Shown: positions 8,347 through 15,931 of the stretch, piece after piece
How the letters are laid out: the number at the start of each line of letters is the position of its first letter
Position numbering within the stretch: the stretch's first letter is position 1
Assembly: GCA_027068765.1 (NCBI GenBank)
Contig: JAMOMC010000188.1
Span: 199-64,198 of the forward strand
Direction: 5' to 3'
DNA from: Campylobacterales bacterium
GTDB taxonomy: Bacteria; Campylobacterota; Campylobacteria; Campylobacterales; QNZT01
Length of the DNA: 64,000 nucleotides
Translations under genes and position numbers: made by a program
The notes under the pieces: model-generated
What the model saw: the letters and a program-made list of their open reading frames with translations, nothing else
Database searches by the model: none
What the model was told of the DNA's origin: nothing

Positions 8347-11300
8347 ATGATAAAAGTAAAATATATATTAGTTTTTTTATTGATGTTTTTTACAAGTTCT
8401 TCACTTTTTGGAGCAACTGGCACGATAAAAGGTAGTGTTTTTGAAGATTTAAATCTAAATCAAAAAAGAGACATAGGTGAGGGTGGCACAGGTGTGCATA
8501 CTTTTGTAAAACTCTGTAGAGATGATGTATGGGTTGATAGTTATGAGATAAATAGTTCAAATGCAGATGGTTCTTATGAATTTACTATATCTGATTTTTC
8601 AAAATATACAATAATTCATGATGATTCAAATACAAGTAGTTGTACTATGCCAACTGATCATACAGTCCACAATGAGAAAGGTTGGTCATCTAGTAGTTCA
8701 CATTTTAGAGAGGTGATAGGTAATCCTCCAAACTCAATAATAGCCCAAGATTTTGCTAAGTTTAGAGATGACCATGAGTATTTTAAGCTGGATGATATGA
8801 AAAAGGCTTATCTCTTTCAAAATAAGCCAACAGATGTATATAGTATCGATTTAGTTACTGGGGATCTGAATAAAGTTGCAGATAATATTACACCTTATTC
8901 TGGGAGCTATAGTGCAAATTGGCACATAAATGGGTTGGGCTTTAATGTTATAGATGGTTTTATGTGGGGTTCAACTCCCATGGAAAAGAAAATTGCAAGA
9001 ATAGGAAAAGATAGTTCTGGGAATTGGGTTCAGATACAGTTTAATGAGATTGAAGGATTAAATATACACTCATATACAGGTGATATAGATGATAATGGCA
9101 CACTTTATATTTTGAATCACAGTAGTTATGCTTCAAAAGCTGTAAAAATAGTTCTTAATCCCGAGTCTAAAGATTATTTAAAAGCAGTTTCATTAAATTT
9201 AGTAAAAAAAGGTACTTTGATAACAGTTGTTATAAAGTCTACTGATTGGGCAGTAAATCCGATTGATGGTATGTTATATACTGTAAATAATGGAACAGGT
9301 TTACACTATCTATGGAGAATTGATCCACAAACTGGTGAGGCAGAGAGACTTGGAGATGCAAAAATAAGTAATAGTGATACAGGCGGCTCAACTAAAGGAG
9401 ATGGGAATATGCCTCCTGGACATCCACTAATTTCAGGTAAATCTCGTGTATTTGGCGGGTCATTTTTTACTGGAGATGGGTACTATTATCTTTATGATAA
9501 TGGACCTGGAAGACACACTGGAGAAGTATTTCGTATAGATATTACTGATCCTTCAAATATAGATCCCACGGCCGTTCCTTTTTCAAAACCTAGAAAAACT
9601 TCCCTAAATGATGGTGTAATGTGGGCTGGTAATTTTATCCTTTTAGATTTTGGAGATGCACCAGATGATAGTAATGTATCTAGTGGAGATGGAACAAAAG
9701 AGGGTAATTATAGAACTCTTTTATCAGATAATGGACCAAGACATACAATTCCATACTCTGGAGCTATTGTATATCTTGGAGCTAATCCACCAGACTTTGA
9801 AGATGATGCCAATGCAACAAAAGATGCTTTAGGTGATGGTGCTGAAGATGATGGTGTAACATTTGAAGGTTCAAGTTTGCAAGGTGCCCAAATAGTTGCA
9901 GATAGTAAAATAGATTTAGAGATAACTACAGCCGGAAATGGTTTTTTAAATGCTTGGATAGATTGGAATAGTGATGGAAATTTTACATCCAGTGAGCAGA
10001 TTGCTACAGATGAAGATGGTTTTTCAGGAAGCATATCTCTTAAGGATATAAAAGTTCCATCAAAGATGAAAACAGATGTGATGAGTGTTGCAAGATTTAG
10101 ATATAGCACAGATAAAGGTTTGGAAGCAACAGGTCCTGCAAAAGATGGTGAAGTTGAGGATTATATGATAAATATTGTCTCTGGAAATGAGTTTGGTGTT
10201 TGGGATACAAATCTTAGCATCGCTAATCAAATCATAACAACCAAAATTGTAAACCAAGATATAAATCTAACCATTGCATCTCTTGATAAAAATAATAGTA
10301 AATTTATGACAAGCTCTTACGAAAATGTAAAAGCTGCAATATTTGCAAACTCAAAACAGTTAACTGTTTGGAAAGATGTTAATTTAACCGATACAAATAG
10401 CACAGATGTGATGTTTGGAAAAATTGATGAAGCTCACAAAATAGCTTATGTTAGAGTAAAGTATGGAGATGCAAATATCACAAGTGATTTAAAAGATGCA
10501 AATTTATCTGAACAGTTTGCCATAAGACCAGATAAATTTGAGATAGGTTCGATAACTGGACCATTATTGGCAGGAAAAGAGTTTGATTTAAGTATTACAG
10601 CAGTTGGAGTAGATGGAATTGCAACTAAAAATTACAATGAAACATCTACAGGGTATAAAATATCTTTAGATGAAGAGCAAAATCTAACTTGTACAACAGG
10701 AGATACAATCATAGCAGTTGGTTCAAAATTTAGCGATGGTTCATTTGGAGCTAAGGCTACTTATTCGGAAGTTGGAAGTGTTGTAGCTAGCATAACAGAC
10801 ATAGGGTTTGCATCTATTGATATAAATGATACCTCTGCTTCGCAAAGGCTCATAACAAGTGCTAGTTCCCCTCCGATTGTATTTAATGCGGCTAATTTTG
10901 ATGTAAAGTGGAATTTTGTAAATAGAGCTCAAGTTGCTAAGATGACTTATTTCTCTTCAATGCCTGATGGTATGGGTGCTAGATTGGATATAGAATTACA
11001 AGCAAAAAACTTTTTAGGGGCAAATTTAAAAAATTATACTGCATCTTGTTATGCAAGTGATATAGCAACAAAAGTAAATTTTAATATATTTGGAACAGAA
11101 GGTAGTAGATATACACCAACTTGGTTGGTAGATATTGATGGTGGAATTTTAGTTAGTTTAAATCCATTAGTTATAACATTTGGGGTAGCAAATGGAGGTA
11201 TAGTTGCAGGTACATTTAAAAATCGTTTTTCTAATGGAAATAATGGTCAAGCAAATACATCGGTTCATATAAATTTGCGAAGAAATCAAAGATTTGTATC

Positions 11301-12009
11301 TAATCCTGTAAATCTTGTAGTAATAGATGTAAATGCTACGGATATAAATACTATGTATGAAAGTAAATATGATAGTGAACCTTTGAGTATGTATGAGAGT
11401 TCATATGGAACGGAAGAAAGCTCATATGGAAGTCCATATAAGTATAGAGATGGTAGTTATGTGAATAAAGATAATTTAAATGGAAGTGCATTTGGATTTA
11501 GTGATACATCAAATACAGCAAGCTTAGATAATGCTAACTTTTACTACGGCAGAGTTCATTCACCTGATTATCAAGCTGTTGGAATAGATTTTAATGCTAC
11601 TTTATTTTATGAGGTATATTGTCGTGATTGTAATCGTGTAAATTTTCCAAAGATTGCTAATGCTAGAGAGAGTGTGGATTCTGTTTTTTGGTATATATTG
11701 ACTTTTAATGATTTTGACAATTTAGGTGTTGGTGTTAATAATCCTGTTTATTCCAGAGGTGGATTAAATATTGCAAATGTGACTAGGAGAGATGTTATAA
11801 CACTGCAAGCTAATCAAACACCTTATACTGACCGTATTATTTATCGGACTGCTCCTTGGTTACTTTATAATAGATTTAGAAATGTAACTGAGCATAGCTT
11901 TTTAATAGAACACCATAGCCCAGCAACAACTTGGAGTGGTAAAGGTGAAGGAGGAGAGAGAATGGAGCAAGATGCATCTAGAAGAAAATCTGAAAAGATG
12001 GATTGGTAG
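8347..12009 (+). CDS. large secreted multidomain surface protein (GEVED-motif domain, MshQ-like C-terminal half)
   Basis: Signal peptide ending SLFGA and a Cna-B/SdrD-B-like start (GSVFEDLNLNQKRD..DGSYEF). A propeller-like middle region is followed by DFGDAPD...DGEVEDY. The roughly 600-aa C-terminal half shows FAIRPDKF.. and FYYGR.. motifs. Confidence 0.8.
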   Translation: MIKVKYILVFLLMFFTSSSLFGATGTIKGSVFEDLNLNQKRDIGEGGTGVHTFVKLCRDDVWVDSYEINSSNADGSYEFTISDFSKYTIIHDDSNTSSCTMPTDHTVHNEKGWSSSSSHFREVIGNPPNSIIAQDFAKFRDDHEYFKLDDMKKAYLFQNKPTDVYSIDLVTGDLNKVADNITPYSGSYSANWHINGLGFNVIDGFMWGSTPMEKKIARIGKDSSGNWVQIQFNEIEGLNIHSYTGDIDDNGTLYILNHSSYASKAVKIVLNPESKDYLKAVSLNLVKKGTLITVVIKSTDWAVNPIDGMLYTVNNGTGLHYLWRIDPQTGEAERLGDAKISNSDTGGSTKGDGNMPPGHPLISGKSRVFGGSFFTGDGYYYLYDNGPGRHTGEVFRIDITDPSNIDPTAVPFSKPRKTSLNDGVMWAGNFILLDFGDAPDDSNVSSGDGTKEGNYRTLLSDNGPRHTIPYSGAIVYLGANPPDFEDDANATKDALGDGAEDDGVTFEGSSLQGAQIVADSKIDLEITTAGNGFLNAWIDWNSDGNFTSSEQIATDEDGFSGSISLKDIKVPSKMKTDVMSVARFRYSTDKGLEATGPAKDGEVEDYMINIVSGNEFGVWDTNLSIANQIITTKIVNQDINLTIASLDKNNSKFMTSSYENVKAAIFANSKQLTVWKDVNLTDTNSTDVMFGKIDEAHKIAYVRVKYGDANITSDLKDANLSEQFAIRPDKFEIGSITGPLLAGKEFDLSITAVGVDGIATKNYNETSTGYKISLDEEQNLTCTTGDTIIAVGSKFSDGSFGAKATYSEVGSVVASITDIGFASIDINDTSASQRLITSASSPPIVFNAANFDVKWNFVNRAQVAKMTYFSSMPDGMGARLDIELQAKNFLGANLKNYTASCYASDIATKVNFNIFGTEGSRYTPTWLVDIDGGILVSLNPLVITFGVANGGIVAGTFKNRFSNGNNGQANTSVHINLRRNQRFVSNPVNLVVIDVNATDINTMYESKYDSEPLSMYESSYGTEESSYGSPYKYRDGSYVNKDNLNGSAFGFSDTSNTASLDNANFYYGRVHSPDYQAVGIDFNATLFYEVYCRDCNRVNFPKIANARESVDSVFWYILTFNDFDNLGVGVNNPVYSRGGLNIANVTRRDVITLQANQTPYTDRIIYRTAPWLLYNRFRNVTEHSFLIEHHSPATTWSGKGEGGERMEQDASRRKSEKMDW

Positions 12010-12013
12010 TTTT

Positions 12014-12041
12014 AAAAAGCAGATAGAAATATCTGCTTTTT
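12014..12041. terminator. bidirectional Rho-independent terminator
   Basis: Perfect 12-bp stem AAAAAGCAGATA-gaaa-TATCTGCTTTTT between convergent genes. The A/T runs give a U-tract in both directions. Confidence 0.75.
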
Positions 12042-12052
12042 ATAGAGCTTTT

Positions 12053-12673
12053 TTAATTTGCATCACAAAGTGTTGCTTTGATGCTCATCTTAAATCCTAT
12101 AGCTACATCACTCCAAGTTTTACCCTTGTGAAGGTCAAAACAAGCTTTGTTTATAGATGCAAGTGCTTTTGAGGCTTTAAAATCTAAAATATCTATAAAA
12201 CCATCTGCTCTCATAATGCCCTTATCGTGGATATATTTTAAAGGGACTTTTTTTGTTACGTCATTCATTGTGATTTCTACGATTAGGGTTCCTGTCTTTG
12301 GTTTTCCCATCTCTTTTTTATGTGTGTTTATTTCAATAATCTTTGCTGTAATCTTTTTATCACTCATAATTTTAAAAAATGAATTGGTAAGTTTCAAGTC
12401 TCTATCTACATGTTTTGAATTTACTTTGTTAGTATTAATTATAACAGATGAACCAACAAGTATCTCTTTAAAGTTTTTTCCCTCTTTTTTAATAGCCATA
12501 TAAGATACATCATCAAAACTTCCACTTACACTAACTTTTGCAGGTGTTTTATAGGATTTCCAATTAACTATAATATCTCCCTCTTGAGATAAAATACAAC
12601 TCTGTTTTGTAGTCATTTCACCAGCATATATAAATGAAGATAGCAATACTACACCAAATAATAACTTTTTCAA
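12053..12673 (-). CDS. YceI-like periplasmic lipid/polyisoprenoid-binding protein
   Basis: Signal peptide MKKLLFGVVLLSSFIYA. YceI-like pattern VNWKSYKTPAKVSVSGSF, INTNKVNS..VDRDLKL..FF, G.L..ITMNDVTKKVPL. Confidence 0.6.
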   Translation of the reverse strand: MKKLLFGVVLLSSFIYAGEMTTKQSCILSQEGDIIVNWKSYKTPAKVSVSGSFDDVSYMAIKKEGKNFKEILVGSSVIINTNKVNSKHVDRDLKLTNSFFKIMSDKKITAKIIEINTHKKEMGKPKTGTLIVEITMNDVTKKVPLKYIHDKGIMRADGFIDILDFKASKALASINKACFDLHKGKTWSDVAIGFKMSIKATLCDAN

Positions 12674-12727
12674 TAAATCCTCCTAAATAATAATTTTTAT
12701 CATCTTACTCTTTTTTTATTAAATCTA

Positions 12728-12756
12728 TTGACAAAAACACTATTTTTCTATATACT
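12728..12756 (+). promoter_or_regulatory. near-consensus sigma70 promoter TTGACA-N17-TATACT
   Basis: TTGACA (12728-12733), an exact 17-nt spacer, and TATACT (12751-12756), 33 nt upstream of the ATG at 12790. Confidence 0.6.
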
Positions 12757-12770
12757 TTGCATCACAAAGT
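12754..12770. promoter_or_regulatory. palindromic operator candidate ACTTTG-N5-CAAAGT overlapping the -10/TSS
   Basis: Perfect 6+6 inverted repeat. Its 15-nt core TTTGCATCACAAAGT is repeated exactly at 12057-12071. Confidence 0.4.
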
Positions 12771-12789
12771 AATTTGCAAAGGAAAATAA

Positions 12790-13413
12790 ATGAGCGAAAA
12801 AGATGAGGCACTACAACATTTAGAAGGTATAAAATCGGTACTTGATGATAAAAAGTTTTTTCCATATAACTACAATGCACTTATATCTTGGGGTGTTATC
12901 TCTATAATTTTATCACTATTTTTACCCTTTCTTTTAAAAAGTAGTCTTGTTTATGGTTCATTTTTTTTGATACTTTTAGTTGGAGCTGGATTTTTTGTGG
13001 AGGGATTTTTAATCAAAAAAGAGAATATCAGTTATGATATAGATGATTGCACAAGAAGACAGAAGTTTATCTTTCGTATCTACTTGGTTACTTCACTTTT
13101 TGGTATAGCTATGAGTATACTTTTGGCAAAACATCAGCTTTTGATTCCTGTTTTTATGTTGTGGATATTTATCTGTGGGCTTGGAAATGTTGTTGTTGGA
13201 CACACTATAAATAAAAGACTATTTTTAACTGCTGGGTATTTTAGTATTTCATTGGCAATTTTGCTTATATTTATCTCTGTTTTTATTTCTGATTTGGGTA
13301 GTGTTGCGTCTTGGTTTTTTAGAGCTTCTCAGTTAGCTACTATCATAAGTATTGGAGTTGTTCCTATATATCTTGCATCTGTTATCAAAAAAGAAGAGGC
13401 AAAAAGTGTTTGA
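12790..13413 (+). CDS. hypothetical integral membrane protein (about 5 TM)
   Basis: 207-aa ORF with multiple hydrophobic helices. It is the first gene behind the consensus promoter, and its stop overlaps the next gene's GTG (GTGTTTGA). Confidence 0.6.
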   Translation: MSEKDEALQHLEGIKSVLDDKKFFPYNYNALISWGVISIILSLFLPFLLKSSLVYGSFFLILLVGAGFFVEGFLIKKENISYDIDDCTRRQKFIFRIYLVTSLFGIAMSILLAKHQLLIPVFMLWIFICGLGNVVVGHTINKRLFLTAGYFSISLAILLIFISVFISDLGSVASWFFRASQLATIISIGVVPIYLASVIKKEEAKSV

Positions 13414-13684
13414 CCCACTTTTACACCAAAGCATTAGGTCTAAACTCATATCATTTTTGATTGCTAATGAAGAGTTGCCGTTTCGTGCTTTAAAAGAGAT
13501 GCTAGATGTTACTGATGGTAATCTCTCATCTCATTTAACAAAACTTGAAAAGGGGGGATATGTGAAGATAGAGAAGAGTTTTGAGGGTAAACGACCAAAA
13601 ACAACCATCCATATCACTGATGAAGGAGTAGGAGCATTTAAAAAGTATATAGATGAGCTTAGAGTTTTTGTACAAGAGAACTAA
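13406..13684 (+). CDS. winged-helix transcriptional regulator (HTH_34-like)
   Basis: Motif RSKLISFL..LPFRALKEMLDVTDGNLSSHLTKLEKGGYVKIEK. The GTG at 13406 is preferred over the ORF-track start at 13352, which lies inside the upstream gene. Confidence 0.7.
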   Translation: MFDPLLHQSIRSKLISFLIANEELPFRALKEMLDVTDGNLSSHLTKLEKGGYVKIEKSFEGKRPKTTIHITDEGVGAFKKYIDELRVFVQEN

Positions 13685-14016
13685 TGAGAGAGATTTTCAA
13701 AAAGATACGGAGTATAATTTTAAGTTTCAAAGGAGTTAGTGAGAGTAAAAGTGCCAATCAAGTAGCTTTTAAAGATGACTACAGCACGGTTTTGATGTTA
13801 AGAGAGTATGAAAATAGAGTGATTATCATCTTGGCAAAAGGTGCTGTATTGCAAGAGAGGTATCCATTTTTAAAAGGAGATGCAAAAGTAGTTAGGCATA
13901 TGGATATATATAAGATGGGTGATTTGGATGAGGGGCTTTTAAGAGAGATTATAAAAGAGAGTATGATTTTAAATATGGAAAATTATGAGTTAAAAAAACT
14001 AAAAGGAAAACGATGA
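13684..14016 (+). CDS. hypothetical small cytoplasmic protein (possibly DUF1801/YdhG-like)
   Basis: 110-aa ORF translationally coupled on both sides (TAATGA, ATGA). The family call is a weak pattern match only. Confidence 0.45.
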   Translation: MREIFKKIRSIILSFKGVSESKSANQVAFKDDYSTVLMLREYENRVIIILAKGAVLQERYPFLKGDAKVVRHMDIYKMGDLDEGLLREIIKESMILNMENYELKKLKGKR

Positions 14017-14765
14017 AAAAGATAATAGTAGCAAGCATGATGATAGCTTCAAGCCTTTTGGCTTTGACAAATTTAGAGATTGCACAAAAAGCAGACAAGG
14101 CAACAGATGGGTTTGAAAGCTCTATTTCAAAAACCCAGATGATACTCATAAATGCAAATGGACAAAAGAGCATAAGAGATCTTTTAATGAAAACTTTAGA
14201 GGGAGAAAATGGCGATAAAACTATCTCCACTTTTTTATCTCCAGCAGATGTTAAAGGGACAAAAGTTTTAGGATGGGAACATATGGATAGAGATGATGAT
14301 CAGTGGCTCTATCTTCCTGCTTTAAAAAGAGTTAAGAGAATTGCAAGCAAAAACAAATCAGGCTCTTTTATGGGTAGTGAGTTCTCATATGAGGATATTG
14401 GAAATCAAAACTATAAAAAATATACATTTGAGGGGGAGCCTGAAATTGTAAAATTAGATGGTTTAGAGTGTTATAAAGGTGCAAGAGTTCCAAAAGATAA
14501 AAACTCAGGTTATACAAAACAGGTAAGCTTTGTTGATACAAAAGATTTTTTGATACGAAAAATAGATTATTATGATAGAAAAAAAGAGCTTTTAAAAACA
14601 GCTACTTTTTCTGAATATAAGCTTATTGATGGCATCTGGAGGGTAGGAAAGATAGAGATGAAAAATCATCAAAATGACAAATCTACAATTTTAATCTGGA
14701 AAGAGGATAAGATAAAAGCAGGTTTAAATGAAAAAGATTTTAATAAACGAGAGTTAAAAAAGTGA
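14013..14765 (+). CDS. LolA-like outer-membrane lipoprotein-sorting family protein
   Basis: Signal peptide, plus DDQWLYLPALKRVKRIASKNKSGSFMGSEFSYEDI, which is the hallmark stretch of the LolA-like family usually linked to MMPL/RND exporters. Confidence 0.8.
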   Translation: MKKIIVASMMIASSLLALTNLEIAQKADKATDGFESSISKTQMILINANGQKSIRDLLMKTLEGENGDKTISTFLSPADVKGTKVLGWEHMDRDDDQWLYLPALKRVKRIASKNKSGSFMGSEFSYEDIGNQNYKKYTFEGEPEIVKLDGLECYKGARVPKDKNSGYTKQVSFVDTKDFLIRKIDYYDRKKELLKTATFSEYKLIDGIWRVGKIEMKNHQNDKSTILIWKEDKIKAGLNEKDFNKRELKK

Positions 14766-15922
14766 AAAAGTTAGTTTTATTCTCTCTTTTACCACTCATG
14801 GTAGTAGCAAGTGAGATAGAGTACAAAGGTAATTTTGGATTTGAGACAAAATATTTTCATCATGATATGCCAAACAAACGAGATAATGCTTTTGCTTTGC
14901 AGCTAGAAGCAGAGTTTAAAAAAGAGTTTGGAGATGGTGAAGTTGTTGTTAGATTAAAAAGTTTTTTTGATAAAGATGACGAAAATAGACGATATTTTGA
15001 TTTTAATGATCTCTACTATAAATATAATTTTGAAAATAGTGATATTTTGATAGGACGAAGCACTAGATTTTGGGGAGCTTTAGAGTTTTATAATCTTAGT
15101 GATGTTTTTAATACTAAAGATTTTTTAGATAATCCATTTGATTATGAGAGTAAGCTTGGGGCTTGGAATGTGGCATATACAAGGTATCTTGAAAACTCTG
15201 AAGTATCACTCATCATAAAGCTTTATGAAGATAGACAACCCATGCAAGATATAAAATCGGTAAATAATTTTTTCCCATTTCCATATAACGATAAATTAAA
15301 AAGACAAAAGGGTAAAGATAGACCTTCAGTTTTTCTAACATATAGTGGCTCTTTAGATGAGGTGCAGATGGATTATGGAGGGGTTTATCAAAATGGTTAT
15401 GACTCTAGTCGTTATATGAGTTTAGAGGGTGGTACTTTTTTTCAAAATGCTTATATAGTAAATAAATTTATAGGATATGCAACTTATATACATGGAGATA
15501 CGATATACAAAACAGAGCTTGTTTATGCTTTTAGTGATGATAAAGAGATAGGTGATTATGGTGAGTTTGGTCTTGGAGTAGAGTATACTTTGTATAGTTT
15601 TTGGGATGCAAAAGATTTAGGGTTTCTTAGTGAGTATTACTACAATGATAGTAAAAAAGATGCTAAGAAGCTTGGTAAGTTTTTTGGAAATGATTTGACT
15701 TTTGGATTTAGATTATCTATGAATGACCAAGCAAGCTCTGAGGTTCTTGGAGGGTTAAGTATCGACTTGGATAACAAAGAGAAGATATTTTTTGTTAAGT
15801 ACGATACAAGAGTTTTAGAAAAGTATAAATTAGGACTCTCATATCAGAGGTTAGATCCCGTGAGTGACTCTAGTTTTAAAGAGTTAGATGAACTAAAGCT
15901 TGAATTTGGTTACTATTTTTAG
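14762..15922 (+). CDS. putative outer-membrane beta-barrel protein
   Basis: Signal peptide MKKLVLFSLLPLMVVAS, alternating aromatic/hydrophilic strands and a C-terminal ...LEFGYYF (terminal Phe OMP signature). GTGA overlap with the upstream gene. Confidence 0.6.
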   Translation: MKKLVLFSLLPLMVVASEIEYKGNFGFETKYFHHDMPNKRDNAFALQLEAEFKKEFGDGEVVVRLKSFFDKDDENRRYFDFNDLYYKYNFENSDILIGRSTRFWGALEFYNLSDVFNTKDFLDNPFDYESKLGAWNVAYTRYLENSEVSLIIKLYEDRQPMQDIKSVNNFFPFPYNDKLKRQKGKDRPSVFLTYSGSLDEVQMDYGGVYQNGYDSSRYMSLEGGTFFQNAYIVNKFIGYATYIHGDTIYKTELVYAFSDDKEIGDYGEFGLGVEYTLYSFWDAKDLGFLSEYYYNDSKKDAKKLGKFFGNDLTFGFRLSMNDQASSEVLGGLSIDLDNKEKIFFVKYDTRVLEKYKLGLSYQRLDPVSDSSFKELDELKLEFGYYF

Positions 15923-15931
15923 GAGAAAAGA

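Noticed and set aside
9650-10932. Several 60-133-aa ORFs in other frames or antisense within the giant protein gene
   Set aside because: They are fully embedded in a 3.6-kb ORF with coherent domain motifs. They have low-complexity translations and no RBS.
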